Shown here: piece after piece, positions 1 through 12,656 of the stretch
Position numbering within the stretch: position 1 is the stretch's first letter
Layout of the letters: every line of letters begins with the position of its first letter
Assembly (NCBI GenBank): GCA_002269645.1
Contig: NIVC01001242.1
Coordinates: 186,001 to 250,000, forward strand
Source: Macrostomum lignano
Taxonomy: Eukaryota
DNA: 64,000 bases
Direction of reading: 5' to 3'
Program-made: the position numbers and the translations under genes
Notes under the pieces: model-generated
Seen by the model: the letters and a program-made list of their open reading frames with translations, nothing else
What the model was told of the DNA's origin: nothing
The model's database searches: none

Positions 1-589
1 GCGCAGCAGTGATGGGTAGAGCGCGTCCAGTGCCCGCTCTCAATCGGCTCTTCGGCCGCGCGGAAATATCTGGCAAGTTCATGCTAAGGCTTAGGCTAAA
101 AAAAAATCGCATTGCCTTTGGGAACAGAATACGCACGAAAATTAATCTTCCCCAATGATAAAGCTTCACTGATGAACCCGCGGTAATCTCGAGGCATCAG
201 GTGCAGTGCTGAGCACGAGTCGCTCTTGTACTTATACAGAAGCGTGTCTGAAATTAGGTAACGTGACTGAAAAAAACAGGAAGATTTTTTTTTATTTAAT
301 GCCGCAAGTTTCTTACCTCGACTAATTTTTAAACGATGGTACTTATATATTTATCATCAGTAAAGGTTTCGGTGGTAGAATTGAATACAATATTTCAGAG
401 AATTAAGCAGCACGAAATAGGTTAGATGAATGAGTCACAGGCCCCCTGGTTCAGATAAAAGTTGCGCTACTCAAAAACTAATGTAAATCAAAGAGGCAAC
501 CAACAAGCTCGTCGGATACCACGAGTTTAACTTTTGCTACCTCTTGAACGTGGCATCCACCAGGAGAAAGGGGTAGGGATTGCCAACCA

Positions 590-1105
590 AGAGACAGGGG
601 CGCCGACCGAGAGACAGGAGCGCCGACCGAGAGACAGGGGCGCCCACCGAGAGACAGGGGAGCCCAAAAATTGACAGGGGAGCCCAACAGGAGACAGGGG
701 CGCCGACCGAGAGACAGGGGCGCCCAACAAAAGACAGGGGCGCCGACCGAGAGACAGGTGCGCCCACCGAGAGACAGCTAGGGGCGCCCAACAAGAGACA
801 GGGGAGCCCAACAAGAGACAGAGCGCCCAAAATTGACAGGGGAGCCCAACATGAGACAGGGGCGCTCAACAAGAGACAGGGGAGCCCAACAAGAGACAGA
901 GCGCCCAAAATTGACAGGGGAGCCCAACATGAGACAGGGGCACCCAACAAGAGACAGGGGCGCCCAACAGGAGACAGGGGCACCCAACAGGAGACAGGGG
1001 CGCTCAACAAGAGACAGGGGCGCTCAACAAGAGACAGGCGCGCCCATCAAGAGACAGGGGCGCCCATCAAGAGACAGGGGCGCCCATCAAGAGACAGGGG
1101 CGCCC
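590..1105. repeat. 20-bp minisatellite (GAGACAGGGGCGCCCAACAA-like), ~25 copies
   Basis: Direct tandem periodicity; the overlapping ORFs at 478-1114 are its translations. Confidence 0.9.
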
Positions 1106-1493
1106 TCTAATTAATATTCCTGTGTACACCACTATTAATAGAGTCTGTGCCACCTTATTCAAAACCGATTTTGGCCGACATATAAATGTCAACGTTCATC
1201 GGTCCAATGTAAAAAACACCTTTTTGCCAGCCACAGAATGTCTTAACCTCGTTTGAACCTAGTTGTACTTACATGTACGTTTGCAATAAGCTCTTTAAAT
1301 TAGCACCTGCTGCAAGATTAAGTTCAGTTATAGCTAGGGCATGATTTACGCTTAAATGTGTATAAGCGCGTCTTAAAATCAGCCTAAAGGCAAGTGACCT
1401 AGAAGACAGTTCTGTCTGCAGCAATGAGCAGGTGGTTTTATCCGACTTGAACTAATCACTCGTATTCACCTTCATTTTCGTGTCCTCTACACT

Positions 1494-1781
<288 letters not shown>

Positions 1782-4700
1782 TACATGTAGATGTATAAAG
1801 CGACCCATCAAGGTCAACCAAAATTGAAGTAACTGATCTGTGTGTGCATTAAGCAGTTTTTCATGCAACGTGAAGCTGTAGTTGACGTTTTTAGCTGTCT
1901 TGGAGTCCTAATTAGAGGCCTGCAGTTTTATATGATGGGGCGTTTATTCTTTGTGCCTTAAAGTTTCGTTTCTCCGCGTTTGGAAATAATTACAGTGTAA
2001 CTGCGATTGACGCGGAAAAGGTACATATGTCCTTTTGATAAAATACAGTGCAATACAGAAATTATATTTTCATTACTTTTATTAACAGTTGCAAAAGTCG
2101 CTTAGTTGCGACTATAAACAATTACATGTAATTGATGCCCAATAAGTTTAAAACTTTCATCTTCTCTGTTGATCATCTGATATCGATGACGTACTGACAT
2201 ATTTTACAAGACGGCTATATATTCTCTTGATTGTGTTTTGTTTCTTGATGACCCTGCTAATTACGAGTAAATTAATAATCTGTGAAAAAATGTGTACATG
2301 AAATACACGCACTGTTGCGTATATTGACATCTTGTACAGTAATTGAATAGTTACATGAGAATTACCGCTATTAAATATATTGTTTATTGGACTATAATCT
2401 CCAGTTTTTTTTAACGTGCAAAGTAAAGGCGTTAAATCTAACATTTTACAGCGTTATAATCAACTGTAATATCGTGATCGTCAATTTTAAGTAGGTGGTT
2501 TTCAAAGAATAGCCGGTAGCGGTTGCGCTATAATGGGCCCGGTCGAGTTTAAGAAGTACTCATTACTGATACTGATATCTGAAGCAGGGATGTTCCGGGC
2601 GATGTTTAGATCGATATTCGGATCAGAAAAAAACATCTGATAACTGGAATAAGCACTAAAAATGATTTGCACTGATTTTGCTAGAAATCCATCTAAGACG
2701 GTTAAGACCCATCACCACCAACAGCCTCCCAAAGTCCCACAGAATGAGCAGTCTTAAAACGATTAGTGCTTGCGATTGAATGCGTTTTTTTATAATCTAG
2801 AGTACAGTAGATTGAATAAAAATGTAACTGTACTTTATGTTGCTGTCAGATTCTCTCGCTGTGGAGCATAGTAAATTTTATAATTTAATTACAATAGTTT
2901 AGTTAGGCCTAGCGCTAACCCGCATTATTGCATTTTTACGTCATTGGTAGTTACACTAGTTAGGATTTCAGACCTTATTTTCAAGGCACTTGTGACTTGT
3001 TAACTCAACTAGTAAATTCATTAAAAATTTGAAAATATTTTATAGCTGGTGCATTATGGATAGCAAAGAAAATTTATACTGCTACATTAGTTTTTTGCTG
3101 CTTAAAAGTGGCAAGTGGCCCAAGTGGGATGAGGTCTAATCTAATTAAGTTTCTATTAAGTATCCATTATATTTAGTTTTTTTGTTTAATGAAGATATCA
3201 ACTATGTATAATATTATTACTTTTCTGAACTGAATTGGTATTTTTTATCCTTATATTAAAGTGAACTATATTCTATTGTCTTATAAAATGTAGATATTTT
3301 AATAGAAATTAAGAATTAAAAAATTTCCAAAGATTTTTTATCATTTAATTTTTTGCAACAATTTCAAAGCTATTTTATAATGTAAAAATGGACTTTTGCT
3401 ATCTAGTTCTACTGTATTATTATAGTTTTGCACTTAACTTATTTTTATTACTATCGAAAGAATGAGAAATAAATCCAATTAAATCACTAACAAAAGTAGA
3501 TAAGTAGTAGTAGTAGTAAATAAGTAGTAAGTAAGTTTGGCTCAGGCAAGAAGCCTGTTTGGCCAATATATTTCAGTGTAATTTAAAAATAATTCAAGAG
3601 TAGGCCTAGAAGGCAATATTTAGGCCTATACATAAGTACAATCATATGAGTTTTGTAATAATATAGTATTTGAAACAGCACCTTAATGTTATTTACAAAA
3701 CTTTGAATGAGCTTTAATGACTAACAAAGAAAAAGTAAGGAATTGCAAAAGACAAGTATTATGTGAAATTGATGTAAGTAGTTGATGATTTCAAGCAAAT
3801 CAGTTTAACCTGTAAGTGATAAAAAAGTATATAGGTATTAATTAGATAATAACAAATTTGTATTAAATATAGTATTTGAAAGAGTATATAGGATTTTTTG
3901 CAGTTTTTATGGACGAACTATACAGACTAACAACTGAATGACAGGTAATTAAGTAGGGATTTATAAAAACAGGTACTGTATGGCTTTGATGCAAAAAATG
4001 GTTCATCCAAAATGCAGTTTAAAATAGGTAATTATAAGCAATATTCTGTCAATGAAAAATATCAAGTATAAGTATTGCTCACAATATTTGGCAATTATTA
4101 TAAAAATATATTATTTGAAAGCCTGAAAAACTTTTACTTTAATAAACAAATGTCAAAAATGTATTTTTTATTAAAGTAAATCTCATAAAAATTACATCTG
4201 ATGATCTGTGATAGAAAACGAATCTATATTAAATAAAATGTTTGTGGCTGAGAGTGCACTCCACCCCCAGACAGTCTTTCCCCCAGCAGCCAGTGCACTG
4301 TTTTGGCTGGGATGCATCATCCACCTTTCTATGTGGCATGGTTGGTTCAACCTCTATGAGATCTACGTGTCTAGTGGCTGGGGGGAGGGACAAAGACTCA
4401 TATTGTGCTGGCTTATTATAAGGCTCTGTATCTGCATTCTATGCTTCACCTTTTTTCTGCTCTGCAAAATACACTTGCTCCACGTGCAATATGTAGCAAG
4501 TTTTGTTAGTCGCTACATGTTACTATATATATATGTTACTAATCATATTGTAAATACAGTATTCTATTCAAGTTATTCTACTTAAGATTTTTAATTAGAA
4601 TAGGTTCATTGGATTTCTTAGATTGATATTAGACAAATATGTTAGGATAGCAATATTTATATCTATATTATTAATATATTCTTGCTTTAGAAGTCAGAAC

Positions 4701-4900
4701 CTAACCTATCTAATTCAATATAAAGGTTAAGTACGATTGATTCAAGAATTAGATAAATTGTTTTAAGAAATATTTTCAAAAAGTTTTATCAACCAAAGTA
4801 AATTTATTTATAATCATACTACTAACACTAGATAAAAATCAACAGAGCTTGATAGAGTTTGTGAATTAAATTCCATTCCAGCTATATAGTTCAATAAGCC

Positions 4901-5631
4901 ATGCGCATCTGCATAGTTGGCGCTGGAGTGAGTGGCATTGCTGCTGTCAAGGCCTGCCTAGATGAGGGTCTCGAACCCATGGCCTTCGAACGATCCAGCG
5001 ATCTTGGAGGTTTGTGGCGCTACACAGATTTGGTAGATGGCAAGGCCTGTGTTATGCGCACCACCATGATGAACACCAGCAAGGAGATGTCAGCTTTCTC
5101 AGATTTCCCTCCACCAGCTGAGTACTCCAACTTCCTGCACAACAGTCGAGTGTTTGAGTATATACAGGCCTATGCTGAGCGGTTCAACCTGCGGAGTAGC
5201 ATCCGGTTTGGCACAGAGATTGTCAAGGTGGGTCACTGACTGACTGACTGACTGACTGACTGACTGACTGACTGACTGACTGACTGACTGACTGACTGAC
5301 TGACTGACTGACTGACTGACTGACTGACTGACTGACTGACTGACTGACTGACTGACTGACTGACTGACTGACTGACTGACTGACTGACTGACTGACTGAC
5401 TGACTGACTGACTGACTGACTGACTGACTGACTGACTGACTGACTGACTGACTGACTGACTGACTGACTGACTGACTGACTGACTGACTGACTGACTGAC
5501 TGACTGACTGACTGACTGACTGACTGACTGACTGACTGACTGACTGACTGACTGACTGACTGACTGACTGACTGACTGACTGACTGACTGACTGACTGAC
5601 TGACTGACTGACTGACTGACTGACTGAGTGG

Positions 5632-5698
<67 letters not shown>

Positions 5699-5724
5699 GC
5701 TAAATAACTAACTAATTAACTAAT

Positions 5725-5772
<48 letters not shown>

Positions 5773-5820
5773 CAACTGACTAACTAACTAACTAGCTAAA
5801 TAACTAACTAATTAACTAAT

Positions 5821-5853
<33 letters not shown>

Positions 5854-5854
5854 G

Positions 5855-5890
<36 letters not shown>

Positions 5891-5916
5891 GCTAAATAAC
5901 TAACTAATTAACTAAT

Positions 5917-5952
<36 letters not shown>

Positions 5953-6000
5953 CAACTGACTAACTAACTAACTAGCTAAATAACTAACTAATTAACTAAT

Positions 6001-6037
<37 letters not shown>

Positions 6038-6038
6038 G

Positions 6039-6078
<40 letters not shown>

Positions 6079-6104
6079 GCTAAATAACTAACTAATTAAC
6101 TAAT

Positions 6105-6147
<43 letters not shown>

Positions 6148-6154
6148 TTGACTT

Positions 6155-6219
<65 letters not shown>

Positions 6220-6226
6220 TTGACTT

Positions 6227-6279
<53 letters not shown>

Positions 6280-6286
6280 TTGACTT

Positions 6287-6335
<49 letters not shown>

Positions 6336-6342
6336 TTGACTT

Positions 6343-6382
<40 letters not shown>

Positions 6383-6408
6383 GCTAAATAACTAACTAAT
6401 TAACTAAT

Positions 6409-6451
<43 letters not shown>

Positions 6452-6458
6452 TTGACTT

Positions 6459-6515
<57 letters not shown>

Positions 6516-6522
6516 TTGACTT

Positions 6523-6583
<61 letters not shown>

Positions 6584-8809
6584 GGAAATAATGTGCTTCA
6601 ACACACAGCAATCTGCTCTCCAACTCAGGTCCGCAAGACGTCGTCGGACCCGGACAAGTGGCTGGTCGCCTTCAGACCAGCAGTCGGTGTTGGCAACGAG
6701 CCTGGCGAAGAGCAATGCGAGACCTTCGATGCTGTGTGGGTTTGCACAGGGCATCACGCCATCCCCAATCTGCCCGCGTATCCGGGAGCTGACAGTTTCC
6801 CTGGCGAGGTACTTCATTCGCACTCTTGTCGCGATCCGCTGTCCGAGAAATTCTTGGACAAGACTGTGCTGGTGATTGGGGCGGGCAACTCGGCTGGCGA
6901 TGCTGTGGTGGAGCTGTCGCACAGGGCTCGGGTGGTCTACTGGTCCACCAGGAGAGGCACTTGGGTAAGCGCACTGGGTTTTAATAATTTGCTCTGAGTG
7001 CTCCGAATATCTGCCATGCAGTATCTCAGTTGCCTGCGCCTCTTGTTGCCCTGTCGCATTTATCCCATTCTTCACGTTGCCCTCCCCCATTTCGTGTCTG
7101 CAATCTCTTATGTCTTCACTTATTTGACTCTCTTATCTTCTCTCCTCTCCTCTCCTCCCATCTTCTCTCCTCTCCCTTCCTCTCCTCTCCTCTTCTCTCC
7201 TCTCCTCTCCTCCCATCTTCTCTCCTCTCCCTTCCTCTCCTCTCCTCTTCTCTCATCCCCTCTTCTCTCATCTCATCTCATCTCCTCCCATCTCAACTCC
7301 TCTCTCTCTTCTCTCATCCCCTCTTCTCTCATCTCATCCCCTCTCCTCTCATCTCAACTCCTCTCTCTCTTCTCTCATCCCCTCTTCTCTCATCTCATCC
7401 CCTCTCCTCTCCTCTCATCTCCTCTCTCTCTCTTCTCTCATCCCCTCTTCTCTCATCTCATCCCCTCTCCTCTCATCTCAACTCCTCTCTCTCTTCTCTC
7501 ATCCTCTCTTCTCTCATCTCATCCCCTCTCCTCTCATCTCATCTCCTCTCTCTCTCTTCTCTCATCCCCTCTTCTCTCATCTCATCCCCTCTCCTCTCAT
7601 CTCAACTCCTCTCTCTCTTCTCTCATCCCCTCTTCTCTCATCTCAACTCCTCTCTCTCTTCTCTCATCCCCTCTTCTCTCATCTCATCCCCTCTCCTCTC
7701 ATCTCAACTCCTCTCTCTCTTCTCTCATCCCCTCTTCTCTCATCTCAACTCCTCTCTCTCTTCTCTCATCCCCTCTTCTCTCATCTCATCTCCTCTCCTT
7801 TCATCCTCTCTCCTCTCCTCTCCTCTTCTAGTCTCCCTTCTCTCTCTTCTGCTCTCTCCTCTCCTCTCCTTCCTTTTTCCTCTCCTTTCCTCTTCTCTAG
7901 TCTCACCTTTCCCTTATCACCCCTCTCTTTACATCTATTATCTCAATCCCCTCTTTTTACTTTCTTTCTTTTACATACCATTCCCTGCCCTCGTCTTACT
8001 TCTCTTCTCTCCCATCCTCTCTCAATCCTCTTTGCTTCATCAGCAAACCTCAGTCTCAGATTTCTTCGTGTGCCAAAAAAACCCCGACAATTCCCACTCC
8101 AGGTCAGCAATCGCGTGGTGGACCACGGCTGGCCCAAAGACCTCGTGCTAGCGCGTCGTTATCAAATGTGGCTGATCCGCCTGATCGGATTGCGATATTT
8201 CAGACGGCAGCTGGAGAAGTCGCTTCAGTCTAGGCTGGATCACGACCTTTACGGGCTGCGACCCGCTCACAGCCCACTGCAGCAGCACACCTTTGTGAAT
8301 GACGAGCTGCCCAACAGACTGGCAGCGGGGCTTGTTAAAGTGCGGCCCGATGTGGCCAGAATTGACAATCGCTGCGTCACCTTTGTTGACGGGTCCAACG
8401 TGGACGGAGTCGATGTGATTGTCTATGGCACAGGTGGCTGAGGGTTGTCGTTTTCTATATGTAGCTTATTGTCAATCTGTTTGAGGTCCTGTGCAATAAC
8501 AGCAAGTGGGCTGCAGGCACCCTGGCGCCAGTTAGTTAGTTAGTTAGTTAGTTAGCTAGTTAGTTAGTTAGTTAGTTAGCTAGTTATTTAGCTAGTTAGT
8601 TAGTTAGTTAGCTAGTTATTTAGCTAGTTAGTTAGCTAGTTAGTTAGTTAGTTAGCTAGTTATTTAGCTAGTTAGTTAGTCAGTCAGTTAGTTAGTTAGC
8701 TAGTTAGTTAGTTAGTTAGTTAGCTAGTTAGTTAGTTAGTTAGCTAGTTATTTAGCTAGTTAGTTAGTTAGTTAGTTATTTAGCTAGTTAGTTAGTTAGT
8801 TAGTCAGTC

Positions 8810-8841
<32 letters not shown>

Positions 8842-8857
8842 GGTTAGTTAGTTAGTC

Positions 8858-8900
<43 letters not shown>

Positions 8901-8921
8901 CAGTTAGTTAGTTAGTTAGTC

Positions 8922-8984
<63 letters not shown>

Positions 8985-9033
8985 CAGTTAGTTAGTTAGT
9001 TAGTTAGTTAGTCAGTTAGTTAGTTAGTTAGTC

Positions 9034-9075
<42 letters not shown>

Positions 9076-9093
9076 GTAATTAGTTAGATAGTC

Positions 9094-9136
<43 letters not shown>

Positions 9137-10807
9137 GAGTGAGTTAGTTAGTTAGTTAGTCAGTCAGTTAGTCAGTTATTTAGATTGTTTGTTTGTTAGA
9201 CAGTTTGCTTATTTGTTTGTTTAGTTTGTTAGTTTGCTAATTAACTAGTGAGATAGTTAGAAAGTTAGTAAGTTATTATGATAGTTAGTTAGTTAGATAG
9301 ATTTTATACCTCAGTTTTAAATTAATCCTGGTTTCATTTCTCCAACCGCAGGGTACCGCATTGACTTCCCATTCCTGGACAGCGAGCAGTTCTCGGTCAG
9401 CGGCAATGAGACCCGGTTCTACAAGCACGTGTTTCACCCCTCGGTGCCCAGCGGCTCCCTGGCTTTCATCGGGTTCGTGCAACCGCTGGGTGCCACCATA
9501 CCCATTGCCGAGGCTCAGAGCCGCTGGGCTGCTCGCGTTGCTAAGGGAAGCTGCCAGTTGCCACCCGCCCAGGACATGATTGAGGATGCTCAGCAAAGGA
9601 GGAGAGCCGTGGCGGCCCGGTTTGTCAGATCGGCCAGGCATACCATTCAGGTGAGGGGTGGGGATTCAGATAAGCGATAATTAGGATTATAAAGATTCAG
9701 ATAAGAGATAATTAGGATTCAGGCAAGAGATAATTAGGATTCAGATAAGAGGTAATTAGGGTTCAGGTAAGATATAAATAAGATTCAGGTAAGAGATAAT
9801 TAAGATTCAGGTAAGTGATAATTAAGATTCAGGTAAGAGATAATTAAGATTCAGATAAGTGATAATTAGGATTCAGAGATAAGAGATAATTAAGACTCAG
9901 GTAAGAGGTAATTAAGATTCAGGTAAGAGATAATTAAGATTCAGGTAAGAGATAATTAAGATTCAGATAAGTGATAATTAGGATTCAGAGATAAGAGATA
10001 ATTAAGACTCAGGTAAGAGGTAATTAAGATTCAGGTAAGAGGTAATTAAGATTCAGATAATTAGGATTCAGAGATAAGAGATAATTAAGACTCAGGTAAG
10101 ATGTAATTAAGATTCAGATAAGTGATAATTAGGATTCAGAGATAAGAGATAATTAAGACTCAGGTAAGATGTAATTAAGATTCAGATAAGTAATAATTAG
10201 GATTCAGAGATAAGAGATAATTAAGATTCAGGTAAGAGGTAATTAAGATTCAGATAAGTGATAATTAGGATTCAGAGATAAGAGATAATTAAGATTCAGG
10301 TAAGAGGTAATTAAGATTCAGATAAGTAATAATTAGGATTCAGAGATAAGAGATAATTAGGACTCAGGTAAGAGGTGAAATTGTGATGTTATTTAGAGAA
10401 GATAAAACCTGAAATCCCCCCAGGTGGACTGGATTCCCTACATGGACGAGTTGGCCGCAGAGATCGGCTGTCGGCCACCGCTGCTCCGTCTGCTGCTCAC
10501 CGACCCTGCCCTGTTCCGAGCAGTGGTATTCGAGCCGTGCACCCCATACCAGTTTAGGCTGGTCGGTCCCGGCGCCTGGCCGGGAGCTCGGGCAGCCATT
10601 CTCGGTCAGATGGATCGGATCCGCTTGGGCATGCGGGGCGGCCTCAGCGGAGGTTTCTGCAGCGAGGTGGAGCATGGCTCCGATGGCTTTTTGTCGAATT
10701 CATCATTGCTGGTCACCGCCGCGGTTGCTACGGCGGCTGTTGCTGCGAGTCTGTGGCTGCTGAAACGGACTGGGGCGTTTTCAAATCTGATTGACTATCA
10801 CATCTGA
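4901..10807 (+). CDS. FMO: Flavin-containing monooxygenase (FMO5-like, dimethylaniline monooxygenase family), 5 exons, 558 aa, C-terminal membrane anchor
   Basis: Exons 4901-5227, 6629-6964, 8103-8433, 9352-9650, 10424-10807 join in frame at GT-AG sites (1677 nt including stop). Motifs: FAD-binding GAGVSG, GGLW, NTSKEM..FSDFP, WVCTGHH, FMO fingerprint [16 protein letters not shown]-binding [27 protein letters not shown]; hydrophobic tail. Confidence 0.95.
5236..6582 (+). repeat. Compound microsatellite (GACT)n then (AACT)n filling FMO intron 1
   Basis: Perfect (GACT)n at ~5236-5626; (AACT)n with variants at ~5632-6582. Confidence 0.97.
7135..7900 (+). repeat. CT-rich low-complexity/minisatellite in FMO intron 2
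   Basis: Almost pure pyrimidine with recurrent CTCTCATCCCCTCTTCTCTCAT units. Confidence 0.9.
8529..9300 (+). repeat. (AGTT)n microsatellite in FMO intron 3, the reverse complement of the intron 1 array
   Basis: Tetranucleotide run with TAGTTATTTAGCTAGT and GTCAGTCAG variants. Confidence 0.95.
9665..10375 (+). repeat. 22/24-bp minisatellite (GATAATTAAGATTCAGGTAAGA) in FMO intron 4
   Basis: Tandem units with alternating variants. Confidence 0.9.
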
Positions 10808-10831
10808 GCTGAATGGGTTCTGGGGGTTCAG

Positions 10832-11720
10832 GGTGAGATTCTGTGAGATTATCCTTCTCTGGGGTAAGATTCTGTGAGATTATCTATTTTCTAGGGTGGG
10901 ATTCTGTGAGATTATCTATTTTCTAGGGTGGGATTCTGTGAGATTATCTATTTTCTAGGGTGGGATTCTGTGAGATTATCTATCTTTGTCTATGGTGAGA
11001 TTCTGTGAGATTATCTATTTTCTAGGGTGAGATTCTGTGAGATTATCTATTTTCTAGGGTGGGATTCTGTGAGATTATCTATTTTCTAGGGTGGGATTCT
11101 GTGAGATTATCTATTTTCTAGGGTGGGATTCTGTGAGATTATCTATTTTCTAGGGTGGGATTCTGTGAGATTATCTATCTTTGTCTATGGTGAGATTCTG
11201 TGAGATTATCTATTTTCTAGGGTGGGATTCTGTGAGATTATCTATTTTCTAGGGTGGGATTCTGTGAGATTATCTATTTTCTAGGGTGAGATTCTGTGAG
11301 ATTATCTATTTTCTAGGGTGGGATTCTGTGAGATTATCTATTTTCTAGGGTGGGATTCTGTGAGATTATCTATTTTCTAGGGTGGGATTCTGTGAGATTA
11401 TCTATTTTCTAGGGTGGGATTCTGTGAGATTATCTATTTTCTAGGGTGAGATTCTGTGAGATTATCTATTTTCTAGGGTGGGATTCTGTGAGATTATCTA
11501 TTTTCTAGGGTGGGATTCTGTGAGATTATCTATTTTCTAGGGTGGGATTCTGTGAGATTATCTATCTTTGTCTATGGTGAGATTCTGTGAGATTATCTAT
11601 CTTTGTTTATGGTGAGATTCTGGTGAGATTCTGTGAGATTATCTATATTTGTCTAGGGTGAGATTCTGGTGAGATTCTATGAGATTATCTATCTTTGTCT
11701 ATGGTGAGATTCTCTAAGAT
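10832..11720. repeat. 32-bp minisatellite (GAGATTATCTATTTTCTAGGGTGGGATTCTGT) just 3' of the FMO stop
   Basis: ~26 tandem units. Confidence 0.93.
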
Positions 11721-12227
11721 TATCTCCTTATGGAGTAAGGATACTGTACTCGTAATTCAATTTTTTCTAGGTTGTTGAGATTTTGTGAGACTATCTTCTA
11801 TCTTAGCTGAGGGTCCTAGAGATGTCGATTTTAAAAGTCTTTTAGGAGACTTTCATAGTGTCATGTTCAATATTCTCGAGAAAAAAAAACAAAATAATAA
11901 GAGTACATTTTTATTGCTCTGTATCAATTGTGAAGTATTTTATTGTGTTACAATTAGCAGCATTACTTGCCTTTGCTACTAAGATTTTAATTATTGTAAT
12001 TTTAAACCAGCGAAACATTGTAATGTTAATTAAATTTTAAGTCTACTTAGTGAACTTTAAAATTGAAATTTTACAAGTGAATATAACCTGTAGCAAATAA
12101 TTTTATCAGCAGATTAAATGTGTTTTTATTATTTACTAAAAATTAAATAATTGTTATCATTTCATTTGGAACAAATGATTTGATTATTAAATCCCATACG
12201 CTCGTAGTAACATTAGACAGGACTAGG

Positions 12228-12512
12228 ATAGATAGATGGATAGACAGATAGATAGATAGATAGACAGATAGATAGACAGATAGATAGATAGATAGATAGA
12301 TAGACAGATAGATAGATAGATAGATAGATAGACAGATAGATAGATAGACAGATAGATAGATAGATAGATAGATAGACAGATAGATAGATAGATAGGTAGA
12401 TAGATAGATAGATAGATAGATAGGTAGATAGATAGATAGATAGATAGGTAGATAGATAGATAGATAGATACATAGATAGATGGTAGATAGATAGATAGAT
12501 AGATAGATAGAT
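12228..12512. repeat. (GATA/GACA)n microsatellite
   Basis: Tetranucleotide run. Confidence 0.95.
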
Positions 12513-12656
12513 TGCTGACACCTTGTTAGAGACCTTAAAAATAGTTCAAAAGAGCCACGTTATAAATCAGTGTTAAAAAACATTTTCTAATGATTTTCAT
12601 TCGAGATGTTTAAGCTATTACAAAGTTTTCTGTCACTAACTTTATCCAGTCACGAG

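Noticed and set aside
1-82. Minus-strand frame MNLPDISARPKSRLRAG running off the left edge
   Set aside because: Too short, with no recognisable motif
4270-4396. Imperfect inverted repeat island upstream of FMO, and ORF 4208-4585
   Set aside because: Arms match only in short patches, no TSD, and the ORF has no coding signal
6998-8151. Ser/Leu/Pro-rich ORFs here and similar repeat ORFs at 478-1114, 1452-1868, 15144-15988, 16846-19830, 24816-26296, 37937-38898, 40552-40989 and 57709-58487
   Set aside because: All coincide with intronic or intergenic tandem repeats
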